Of a stretch of 32,000 nucleotides of DNA, positions 22,768 to 31,326 are shown in pieces (the first letter of the stretch is position 1; each line of letters opens with the position of its first letter). Under the pieces are notes generated by a model. That model made no database searches. It saw only the letters and a program-made list of their open reading frames with translations, and had not been told where the DNA came from. The position numbers were made by a program, and so were the translations under genes. The stretch lies in contig CP113000.1 of the NCBI GenBank assembly GCA_026625185.1, positions 1,755,622 to 1,787,621 on the forward strand, given 5' to 3'. This stretch comes from Thermodesulfobacteriota bacterium (GTDB lineage Bacteria > Desulfobacterota > WTBG01 > JAGOGO01).

Positions 22768-24588
22768 TTATCCGGTAATGAGGGGAGGTTTAACTCCATG
22801 AAAAAACAGCCAGGAAATAAAAAGACCAATCCAAATAATAAATCCAAACAAGCATAAAATATAAACGGCTGCCAGTTTCCCGATTCCTTCTTCCCAGAGT
22901 TTTTTAAAATTCGAAACAATACCGATAGTAAAGAAGGTTAGGACAAAAAAAAGCACTCGAAAGACATTGCTTTCCTCAGTAGAAGTCTTAGCTTTGCTAA
23001 TGGTTTCTTTTGGTTTTTTGGTGGAAGCGTTGATCCCGGCTAATTGTTCTTTCCTCTGGTTGATCTGTCCCTGGATAATCACTTGGGCAACGAGATCTGC
23101 GTTCACCGCGAGTTTTGCTTCCAGCCTCGTAATTTCTTGCGTTAAACTTTTGCTCTCTTTTTCTTTTGAACTGATTTGAGAAGAAGCGGGCCAGCAAATT
23201 ATGAGAAGAATGAAAAATGTAAGGGCGTAACCGATCACAAATTTAGGGAATCGGTGCCAGATTTCAATCACCCGCACTGCCTGCCCTTCTTTACATTCAA
23301 TTTTGGAACACCAAATGATGGCCAGGAGAAACGCCCACACACCAATAAAAATATCAATAAAAATTTTTACGGTTGTGGCAGTCATGGTTATCCAGCCTTC
23401 TTGATAGGCAACTCCAGCAACGTCGAAAGCTTTGGCTCGAATAAGCGCATCAGTAATTGCCCCACTGGCAACTGCTCCTCCATCAGTCTTAACTGCTAGT
23501 CCCATCCAGGCCCCGGCAACTAACGGTTCTTTCCAGAGGGTTGTTTGCGCCAGAAAGGGTAAAATGAGCATTTCCACCACCGCAAAGATAACCACTAATG
23601 AGGAAACCATTATCGGCACTATTGGACGGGCTCTAATCGCCGCGCCGGTTGCAATGGCGGCAGACACCCCGCAGATGGAAATACCCGAAGCAAGCGGAGC
23701 TGCCCACTCCCGGTTGAATTTGAAGTACTTTCGGGCAACAAAATATACGACTGCCCAATAAATCAAATAAGCTTCAACAATAGCGCAAAGCCCTCGGAAC
23801 ATAACATTTGTTGCCAGACCGAAGGATTCCGCTGCTTTGACACCCAAGCTTGCTCCCATAATCACAATAGCGGTTTTGATGTAAAGTTCAGGCCGGGTGG
23901 CCTCTTGAAGGATTTTAGAGAGCTTGGGGAAAAAGTTCCCAATTAAAAGGCCTACTAAAAGAGCGATAATAAAACCAGCTTCTCCGGTAAGGCTCAGAGA
24001 CCAGGGAATATTAAATTGTTTGAGTTGATTTTTGGTAGCCGCAATATAGGCATAGTTGCCAAAAAACCAGCAGCAAAAACTTATCCAAAACACGATGGTG
24101 AAGCCAAGGACAAACTTCCCAACCGGCGCTCCCAAGAGTCTGGCGCCTATCCCCATGATAACCATCAAGGCAAGATAGGTAAGAAACAACGAGGTAACAC
24201 CAGGCATGCCCTTTTTTTCGTAAGGGGCTCCCACGGTTATCTCGTTTGTGTTTTTTGCGCTAATTACTTCTTCAGTGCCATCAGCTTTCTTAATGGTGAG
24301 TTTCTGACGGTCGACTTTTGTAATTTCCCCTTTGACTCCACAAAAAACTTTTGATACCGGAGCCAATGCTTTCGCAGGTTCAATCCAAACTTTGGTGCTG
24401 ATTCCCCACCCGAGAAGGTCAAAGCCTACAAAAATCCCGAGGGAAAAAACAAAGATAATAAGACCCAACCAAAGGGAGAGCCAGTCTTCACTCATTCCGG
24501 ATTTCTTCTCCGGTTTACAGGTATCCTGGCTGTCGCATACCCCTTCCGTCAATTTATCCTCATTTATGCTCTGGTTTTTTTCCTCCAT
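22768..24588 (-). CDS. YeiH/UPF0324-family membrane protein (putative sulfate-exporter family), unusually long (606 aa)
   Basis: AAGGAGGG upstream of ATG 24588. The core ..APLASGISICGVSAAIATGAAIRARP.. and the polytopic TM pattern match the YeiH family. There are also two extra hydrophilic segments. Confidence 0.75.
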   Translation of the reverse strand: MEEKNQSINEDKLTEGVCDSQDTCKPEKKSGMSEDWLSLWLGLIIFVFSLGIFVGFDLLGWGISTKVWIEPAKALAPVSKVFCGVKGEITKVDRQKLTIKKADGTEEVISAKNTNEITVGAPYEKKGMPGVTSLFLTYLALMVIMGIGARLLGAPVGKFVLGFTIVFWISFCCWFFGNYAYIAATKNQLKQFNIPWSLSLTGEAGFIIALLVGLLIGNFFPKLSKILQEATRPELYIKTAIVIMGASLGVKAAESFGLATNVMFRGLCAIVEAYLIYWAVVYFVARKYFKFNREWAAPLASGISICGVSAAIATGAAIRARPIVPIMVSSLVVIFAVVEMLILPFLAQTTLWKEPLVAGAWMGLAVKTDGGAVASGAITDALIRAKAFDVAGVAYQEGWITMTATTVKIFIDIFIGVWAFLLAIIWCSKIECKEGQAVRVIEIWHRFPKFVIGYALTFFILLIICWPASSQISSKEKESKSLTQEITRLEAKLAVNADLVAQVIIQGQINQRKEQLAGINASTKKPKETISKAKTSTEESNVFRVLFFVLTFFTIGIVSNFKKLWEEGIGKLAAVYILCLFGFIIWIGLFISWLFFHGVKPPLITG

Positions 24589-24683
24589 GTGATTCCCTCC
24601 TTGTTAAGAAGTGAAAAAATTGAGGAATACATTTTGTATATTTCTCCTTTTTTTACTGCAAGTTAACTTCAAAAGTCAATAAT

Positions 24684-24717
24684 AAAATTTACCCGCGTGT
24701 CCCGCAAAAAGGGTAAA
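24684..24717 (-). terminator. Possible Rho-independent terminator after the Qng1-like gene
   Basis: The - strand reads TTTACCC-(16 nt)-GGGTAAA followed by TTTTATTATT, about 25 nt after the stop at 24740. The stem is only 7 bp and the loop is large. Confidence 0.35.
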
Positions 24718-24739
24718 AACTGTTTATGTAAGGTAAAAA

Positions 24740-25702
24740 TTAGTAAAAGACCGTTAGGGTTCGGTGATAAGGGTGTGTTCTATAGTAGTCGTGCTGCCCC
24801 AGGTTCCACAAAATCCAATCGATTTCCATTGCTTTTAAATTTTTCCCCCGCACGAGAAGTTCTTGACGAATAAGCTCCACTGCCCAAATAGTGTTGGCGC
24901 GAATTTCAACTTCTTCCGGGCTCCCAGCCTCAAGAAGGGTGTAGTGGTCGACTTTTTGCGCCAGCGATTTTTCATAACGCAATACTCCTATGTGCCGGAG
25001 CACCTGGGGTAATTTATAATCAGCAAACGCGGTAAGCAGGACAATGTCGTGAAAAAAGCCCCACCCCTTTCCCTCCAATGCTCCGTAAAGGTCAGCGGCA
25101 AAAAGTTGCGCTCGTTTATAGAAAAAAGCTTTTTTACCTTGATATTCTGCGCTATCCTGGAAAGATGCTAACTTGTCTGCTAACAAACGGGCCAGTTGTA
25201 GCGCGCTCTGTGCAGATGCTTCGACTAAGGCATAAGCTTTACCGTGATACTCGCGCATCAACATCTGGCCCAATTCATTGAGGCTTCGCACCCGGGATTC
25301 CAAAAGCTGTAAATCACCCTTACCTCCCAAAATTTTTTTGAACTCCGTGAAAGAAAGTTCCGCAAGATACTGAGCATTCGTGAATGGTGTTCCTGATTCG
25401 AGGGCTTTTTTCAATGAGGCGGCGAGCGCAAAGTAGCCGGACAGTTTTTTTGATTGATATTCGATTTCCCACTTTGGGTTGCCGGGCGAAGGCCAAAAAC
25501 AAAAATTAATGCTATCGAGGACCAACAGATAGGCAATCGTTTCCTCTTTTTTCCCATCAAAGTGGTAAAAGGTATTCCAGGAAGGTATTACAACCTTTTC
25601 TTTGTCTAATTTTCTGGCAAAGTTTATTATAGCTTGCTTATCAAGCATAACGTGGAGACTCTTTTCTGCCACGGCTTGAGCAGTTTCTAATACTTCCCAC
25701 AT
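24740..25702 (-). CDS. Queuosine salvage protein family (DUF2419 / Qng1-like, queuosine 5'-phosphate N-glycosylase/hydrolase homologue)
   Basis: 320 aa. Strings LDSINFCFWP, FFYKRAQLFAADLYGAL, LTAFADYKLPQVLRHIGVLRY, EVEIRANTIWAVE and IDWILWNLG are as I recall for this family. Confidence 0.72.
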   Translation of the reverse strand: MWEVLETAQAVAEKSLHVMLDKQAIINFARKLDKEKVVIPSWNTFYHFDGKKEETIAYLLVLDSINFCFWPSPGNPKWEIEYQSKKLSGYFALAASLKKALESGTPFTNAQYLAELSFTEFKKILGGKGDLQLLESRVRSLNELGQMLMREYHGKAYALVEASAQSALQLARLLADKLASFQDSAEYQGKKAFFYKRAQLFAADLYGALEGKGWGFFHDIVLLTAFADYKLPQVLRHIGVLRYEKSLAQKVDHYTLLEAGSPEEVEIRANTIWAVELIRQELLVRGKNLKAMEIDWILWNLGQHDYYRTHPYHRTLTVFY

Positions 25703-26086
25703 TACGGGTATCCACTTTGGGGGTAAGAGAAATTTTAAAAATTTAACCTTTAAGTATCATAGAACATTTTTCTTTACAAATTTAAGGTCTCCATCTGCGG
25801 GAAAAAGAGGAGAGGAGACAGCTTTTTTATACCAAGTCGCCTTCATTTGTATATCTTTGTTGGCTCCTCGTCATACTCCTCGACGTACTAAAATGTACGC
25901 TTGCGTCGATTCCTCGTCGCCGCCTCGATCTACTTTTGAATGCAACTTGGTATTACTTTATAAGTCTTGTAGACTATTTGACAAACACCCCAAACTGATT
26001 AATAATAAAAAAAAACGGGCTTTTAAATCAGATGTTCTCTCATTGCAAAAAAAGGATATGATTTTTTAAGATAAGGGGGTGCAGGA

Positions 26087-26362
26087 ATGGCAACGATCAA
26101 AACAAAAAAAGGAAGAGTATTCTTTAAATTAGAGGCTCCAAATGCCCAGAAGGTGATTCTTATGGGTGATTTCAATAAGTGGAATCCTAAAATTCACGTT
26201 ATGAAGAAAGATAAAAAGGGGGTGTGGAGCAAAACTATTCTTATTGCTTCAGGAAGGTATGAATATAAGTTTTTTGTGGATGGGGAATGGTGGAACGATC
26301 CCCACAATGATCAAACAGTTCTTAATACCTTCGGTTCTATCAACAACGTTTTGATTATTTGA
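26087..26362 (+). CDS. Stand-alone CBM48 / AMPK-beta-like glycogen-binding (early set) domain protein
   Basis: 91 aa. VFFKLEAPNAQKVILMGDFNKWNP...MKKDKKGVWSKTI..ASGRYEYKFFVDGEWWNDP is the classic CBM48 pattern. GGGGGTG lies upstream of the ATG. Confidence 0.75.
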   Translation: MATIKTKKGRVFFKLEAPNAQKVILMGDFNKWNPKIHVMKKDKKGVWSKTILIASGRYEYKFFVDGEWWNDPHNDQTVLNTFGSINNVLII

Positions 26363-26377
26363 GAGCGTGAACAACGA

Positions 26378-27139
26378 TTAACTCAGCTTTAATCCTTTTC
26401 CCCGGAGGTATTCTTTTACCTGCTGAATCCGTAAAATACGATAATGGAAAACAGAGGCAGCTAAAAGTACCTGAGCTCCTCCCACAACTGCTCCTTCATA
26501 AAAATGTTCCAGCGTGCCAGCGCCCCCGGACGCAATTACCGGTAGATTAACTGCGTCAGAAATAGCTTTCGTAAATTCCAGGTCATACCCCGTTTGTGTC
26601 CCATCTCCATCCATACTCGTGGGAAGGATAACGCCAGCGCCCCGATCCTCACATTGTTTGGCCCATTCGACCGCGTCTTTGCCAACGGGTCTTGTTCCCC
26701 CGGAAACCACTAATTCAAAACCAGAGGACATGGCTTTATTTCTTTTTGCATCAATCGCTACTGTTATTTTTGCGGATCCAATTCGCTTAGCGGCCTCTTG
26801 AACCAAAGTTGGATTCTTAACCGCAGCACTATTCATCGAAACCTTGTCTGCCCCGGCATCCAAAACTAACTCGATATCCTTCAAGGTCCCTATTCCCCCG
26901 CCAACCGTGAGAGGAATGGAAATAACTGAGGAGACATTTTTCACCCATTCCAGGCGGGTCTTTCGATTTTCAACCGTGGCGGCGATATCGAGCATCGCTA
27001 ATTCATCCGCCCCCTCGTGCTGATAAAAAGCGGCATTTGTTACCGGATCACCCGCATCCTTCAGATCAACGAAATGTACTCCTTTTACGACTCTTCCATC
27101 CTTCATGTCGAGACAGGGCATGATTTTTATGGTTTCCAT
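26378..27139 (-). CDS. hisF: Imidazole glycerol phosphate synthase, cyclase subunit HisF
   Basis: Start at ATG 27139 ([21 protein letters not shown]) with GGAGAA upstream, so the track start at 27190 is too early. Strings VGGGIGT and [10 protein letters not shown] are typical of HisF. Confidence 0.88.
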   Translation of the reverse strand: METIKIMPCLDMKDGRVVKGVHFVDLKDAGDPVTNAAFYQHEGADELAMLDIAATVENRKTRLEWVKNVSSVISIPLTVGGGIGTLKDIELVLDAGADKVSMNSAAVKNPTLVQEAAKRIGSAKITVAIDAKRNKAMSSGFELVVSGGTRPVGKDAVEWAKQCEDRGAGVILPTSMDGDGTQTGYDLEFTKAISDAVNLPVIASGGAGTLEHFYEGAVVGGAQVLLAASVFHYRILRIQQVKEYLRGKGLKLS

Positions 27140-27455
27140 GGTTTCTCCTTCCTTGGTTTTATAAACAATTTTTCTAGGTTCGTTGGTCATGTCAAGAAAA
27201 CTTTTTCAACAAAACCGTGCAGTTTTATATGCGTGCTATTATAGAAGCGCGCCATATAATATCTCAAATTTTAAACTGATATATTACTCCGGCAAATAAA
27301 TATATAAAAGCATAATCGTCATTCTCAGTAACTACGGGCAATGCCCAGAATTTATTTACATGTTTAATTGTCGGAGTAATATTTACCTTAATCGGCAAAG
27401 ATGATCGTAAATCTTTTCCCAGCCTTATGAGACGTTATTCTAAATCTGGTCATGT

Positions 27456-27486
27456 TTGACAAATTTTCTAAGCACTATATTATAAT
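27456..27486 (+). promoter_or_regulatory. Candidate sigma70-type promoter
   Basis: TTGACA (27456-27461), then 16 nt to TATTAT (27478-27483) or 19 nt to TATAAT (27481-27486). It lies about 235 nt upstream of the Ycf48-like gene in a 527-bp AT-rich spacer. Confidence 0.3.
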
Positions 27487-27716
27487 ATTTTTATTTTGTT
27501 GTAATAAATAATTTTGTTTCCCAAACATGAATATTTCAAAAATTGAATATACCAACAAAACCAAAGCAGAGCATTTCATGAACCAATTGATTAAGCAGAC
27601 ATTTATACCGATATCTTAGCAAGGGGGTTATTCAGCAGGACTATAGCAAGCGTGATTTTGGTAAGAGAACATGGTGTGCTTATTGTTAAAGCCTTTCGAA
27701 AAAAAGAGGTACTTAC

Positions 27717-28697
27717 ATGAAAAGAAGAAATAAATTTTTTCCCTTGATAGTTTTTTGTCTCGCTATTTTTTTTGTTTCTTTTCTCGTTGCCGCCGAACCC
27801 GCCGATTCCAAACCCATTCGTCTCAAAGACAATCTTTTTGGTATAGATTTCGTAAACTCCAACCAAGGTTGGGCAGTCGGTTATTACGGCACCATCATTC
27901 ATACTGAGGATGGTGGTAAAAGCTGGACTTATCAACCGAGCGGCAAAACAACGCCGCTTACGGATGTTGATTTTGTTGATTCTCATAACGGCTGGGCAGT
28001 AGGCTTTGGCCCCATCATACTCCACACCACGGACGGAGGAAAAACCTGGTCGGATCAAAAAATAAGCGAGGATATTTTTCTTACGGCAGTGTATTTTTTA
28101 AATGAGAAGAAGGGATGGATCGTTGGTGAATGGGGAACCGTACTGGTTACCGAGGACGGAGGTAACACGTGGAATTCCCAGTTAAGCGGAAAGGATGTTG
28201 TCCTCTATGATATTTGTTTTTCCGACGAACTTCATGGATGGGCAGTAGGAGAATTTGGCGCCATTTTCTCTACTGAAGATGGAGGCAAGACCTGGGTTAT
28301 TCAGGCGAGCGGGGTGGAGAATGTCTTTTTTTCCTGCAAAGCGTTAGATAATGAGAATGTGTGGGTTGTGGGTATTGACTGTACGCTTCTCCATTCCAAG
28401 GATGGGGGAAAGACGTGGAAAAGAATTAACACCGGTCTGGAGAAAATAATGCCTTTCTATGAAATTCTTTTTAAAGACCAGAGCCACGCTGTCATTTGCG
28501 GACAGGGAGCCGCGCTCTATACCGATGACGGAGGAACGACCTGGAAGCCCAGCCGGTTTAAAAAGAGCATTCAATATGATTGGTTATATGGGATGATCGC
28601 TGCTGATAATGATATCTGGATGGTAGGAGAAAATCTCAAGGTATTTAAAAGCGCGACCAATGGAAAAGAGTGGGAAGAAATAGCAATTAACGAATAA
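27717..28697 (+). CDS. Secreted Ycf48/HCF136-like BNR-repeat beta-propeller protein
   Basis: Signal peptide (MKRRNKFFPLIVFCLAIFFVSFLVAA), followed by about 7 repeats of the pattern GWAVG..G.I..T.DGGKTW. Confidence 0.8.
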   Translation: MKRRNKFFPLIVFCLAIFFVSFLVAAEPADSKPIRLKDNLFGIDFVNSNQGWAVGYYGTIIHTEDGGKSWTYQPSGKTTPLTDVDFVDSHNGWAVGFGPIILHTTDGGKTWSDQKISEDIFLTAVYFLNEKKGWIVGEWGTVLVTEDGGNTWNSQLSGKDVVLYDICFSDELHGWAVGEFGAIFSTEDGGKTWVIQASGVENVFFSCKALDNENVWVVGIDCTLLHSKDGGKTWKRINTGLEKIMPFYEILFKDQSHAVICGQGAALYTDDGGTTWKPSRFKKSIQYDWLYGMIAADNDIWMVGENLKVFKSATNGKEWEEIAINE

Positions 28698-28733
28698 TTA
28701 ACAACCATAACGAGCAAAACAAGGGAAAAAAAC

Positions 28734-31094
28734 ATGAGACTGGATGTTCAGGCATGGGCAAAAGGAATTATAAGACACCGGTTAATGGTCCTGTTCCTTA
28801 TAGGGTTTGTTTTCACCCCTGTTTTTTTTTACGGCATTACTAAAATATCGGTCAATGTGATTTTGGAAGATATGTTTCCATTCGACCACCCTTTTGTAAA
28901 ACTGCATAAAGAGTTTGGCTCCCAGTTCGGGGGAGCGAGCACCGTGCTCATCGAGTTAAAGGTCAAGGATGGTGACATCTTTAATACCGAGACTTTATTG
29001 AAGGTAAAGAAAATTTCTGACCTTGTCACATTCCATGATGACGCCTACATGCTTCTTACTGCCTCGATTTCGGAACGGAAGATGAAGTATATGCGGGGTT
29101 ATTCCGGCGGAAACGTGGATATGGACGGTCTTATGTGGCCAAAGATTCCGAAAACCCAAAAAGAACTTGACTTTATGAAAGAAAATATTTTCACCAACCC
29201 CCTCTATAATGGAGTGCTGGTGAGCCGTGATGGAAAAGCAACCCTGGTGATCTCAGAATTTAAGGAAAATATTGATTACGGTAAATTGTTTCAATTTTTT
29301 ATGGGGTTAAAAAAGAAATATGAAGATAGAAATACCACGCTCCACATTATCGGCAGGCCGGTGCTGTTGGGGTGGATTGACAGCTACTGGCCGCAGATGA
29401 TGAGAATTTTTGCGGTGAGCATCGCCATTATGGTGCTCTTAATGTGGGGCTTTTTCCGCAATTGGCAGGGCACACTTGTGCCCTTAGTGGTGGGAGCAAT
29501 TGCCACGATCTGGGGGTTAGGTTTTACCGGCTATATGGGGATAAACCTAAGCCCGCTTCTTTTTGTTCTTCCCTTTTTGGTTGGCGCGCGGGCCCATAGC
29601 CATACGGTTCAGATTACCCACCGTTTTTTTGAAGAGTACCATCGCTCAGGCAGCAGGGAGGTGGCTGCTATCGAAACGGTCAGCACGATGTTTCTCCCGA
29701 ATGTCTCTGCGATTCTCGCTGAAGTCATGGGCTTTTCGGTTATTTATCTGGCAAAAATAGTATTGATGCAGCAGATAGCCGTGATTATGAGCTTCTGGAT
29801 GTTTTCGATTTTTCCGGCCGCTGGGATATTGGCCCCGGTTATCTGCTATTATTTGCCTCCGCCAAAAGGTGTCGACACAGAACGAAGAACCAGTATCATT
29901 AGTCGTTTTAATCTCGCCCTGTCCAATTTCTCCACCGGCAAGGTGACAAGGTATGTGGTTTTCGTGGGTTTTATCCTGTTGACGGGGATTTTATCATTTG
30001 AAGCGGCCCGGTTAAAAGTAGGGGATCTCCACCCCGGGTCGCCGATTCTTAAGCCCCATTCGGTTTACAACCAAGATTACGCTGAAATCAATAAAACCTT
30101 TGACAAAGCCGGGGCGGATAATTATTTGGTTTTTTTCCGGGGTAATCAGGAGTTTGCTTCCAAAGACCCGCAGGTGCTCAAAACCTTTGAGGCCATGGAC
30201 CGATTCATGGCTTCCCGGCTGCCTGATATTTACGGTGGATCTGCCTCACTCGCCCCGATTGTGCGAAGGCTGAACAAAGAATTTCATGATGGAAATCCGC
30301 TCTGGGATTTTATCCCTGGCCCGGATTTATGTAACACCATGCTTTTTCTTTTTCAGTCAAAAAGTGTTCCCGGGGATATGGACCGGTATGCTGACCCGAG
30401 ATTTTACAACAGCAACATCCTCATGTTTTTTAAAAACCACACTGCGGATACCATTGACCGGATCAGCAAAAACATAAATGAGTTTTTTACCATTTACCCG
30501 AAACAAATTGATAAGGGAGAATTTCTTCTCGCCGGCGGGGTTATCGGGATGGAGACGGCGGTAAATGAAGAGCTGGGAGTATCTCATGCGAGGATCGACA
30601 GCACGATTCTCATTGCCATTTTTCTTTCGTGCTGTATAACCTACCGGTCTTTTTTGGCGGGATTCCTTTTGATTATCCCCCTGATTGTCTCTAACATTAT
30701 TTCCTTTGGATTCATGGGGTTTTCCAAAATCGGCTTAACTATTAACACGCTTCCGGTTTCTGCTATCGGCGTGGGTGTGGGGGTTGACTTTGGGATTTAT
30801 TTATACAGCCGGTATAAAGAAGAATACGCCAGAACAAAAGACTGGGTGACAACTATCGCGGTGGTATCGCAAACCACCGCTCTGGGAGTGCTTAATTCGG
30901 CCCTTACCATGGTTTTACCCCTTTTGAGCTGGTTCTTTTTCTCGGGCTTACGGTTTCAGGCGCAGATGGGTTTCTTGTTAGCCTTACTTTTATCGGTAAA
31001 CATGTTTGCGGCCCTTACCCTGCATCCGGCTTTGGTTTATATTCTGAAGCCAAAATTTATCACCAATGCAAAAAATAAAGGGCCAGCCCATTGA
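28734..31094 (+). CDS. RND-superfamily MMPL/SSD-type exporter (HpnN-like architecture)
   Basis: 786 aa. Two blocks of about 6 TM helices each follow a large soluble loop, which is the typical MMPL-domain duplication. The gene lies 36 nt downstream of the Ycf48-like gene. Confidence 0.85.
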   Translation: MRLDVQAWAKGIIRHRLMVLFLIGFVFTPVFFYGITKISVNVILEDMFPFDHPFVKLHKEFGSQFGGASTVLIELKVKDGDIFNTETLLKVKKISDLVTFHDDAYMLLTASISERKMKYMRGYSGGNVDMDGLMWPKIPKTQKELDFMKENIFTNPLYNGVLVSRDGKATLVISEFKENIDYGKLFQFFMGLKKKYEDRNTTLHIIGRPVLLGWIDSYWPQMMRIFAVSIAIMVLLMWGFFRNWQGTLVPLVVGAIATIWGLGFTGYMGINLSPLLFVLPFLVGARAHSHTVQITHRFFEEYHRSGSREVAAIETVSTMFLPNVSAILAEVMGFSVIYLAKIVLMQQIAVIMSFWMFSIFPAAGILAPVICYYLPPPKGVDTERRTSIISRFNLALSNFSTGKVTRYVVFVGFILLTGILSFEAARLKVGDLHPGSPILKPHSVYNQDYAEINKTFDKAGADNYLVFFRGNQEFASKDPQVLKTFEAMDRFMASRLPDIYGGSASLAPIVRRLNKEFHDGNPLWDFIPGPDLCNTMLFLFQSKSVPGDMDRYADPRFYNSNILMFFKNHTADTIDRISKNINEFFTIYPKQIDKGEFLLAGGVIGMETAVNEELGVSHARIDSTILIAIFLSCCITYRSFLAGFLLIIPLIVSNIISFGFMGFSKIGLTINTLPVSAIGVGVGVDFGIYLYSRYKEEYARTKDWVTTIAVVSQTTALGVLNSALTMVLPLLSWFFFSGLRFQAQMGFLLALLLSVNMFAALTLHPALVYILKPKFITNAKNKGPAH

Positions 31095-31326
31095 TGAGAA
31101 AAAAATGATTGCCCTAAAAAAAAGGAAACAGCGAGGAAAAATAGAAGGGGAGTGAATATTATATTTCATTATTATCTTGGAGAGGTTGGTTTAGAGTTTC
31201 ACCATTTCGGTTTATAACTCCAGAAGAACAGGATAATTTAAGTCTGATAGAGAAAGGAGGTGGCGAAGGCAAGAGAAAAAATTGCATGTTAACTTAGGTA
31301 ATAAAATAACTAAGGAGGCAGAAGAT

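Noticed and set aside
25703-25830. preQ1-type riboswitch upstream of the queuosine-salvage (Qng1-like) gene
   Set aside because: I read the - strand leader looking for the small hairpin plus the A-rich ..AAAAAACUA.. tail. Nothing resembles it.
25857-26069. 70-aa + strand ORF in the Qng1-like/CBM48 intergenic region
   Set aside because: It is a translation of the CCTCG repeat/palindrome element, has no RBS and gives a low-complexity product.
27603-28058. 151-aa - strand ORF
   Set aside because: It overlaps the well-supported Ycf48-like gene in antisense and extends into the AT-rich spacer without an RBS.
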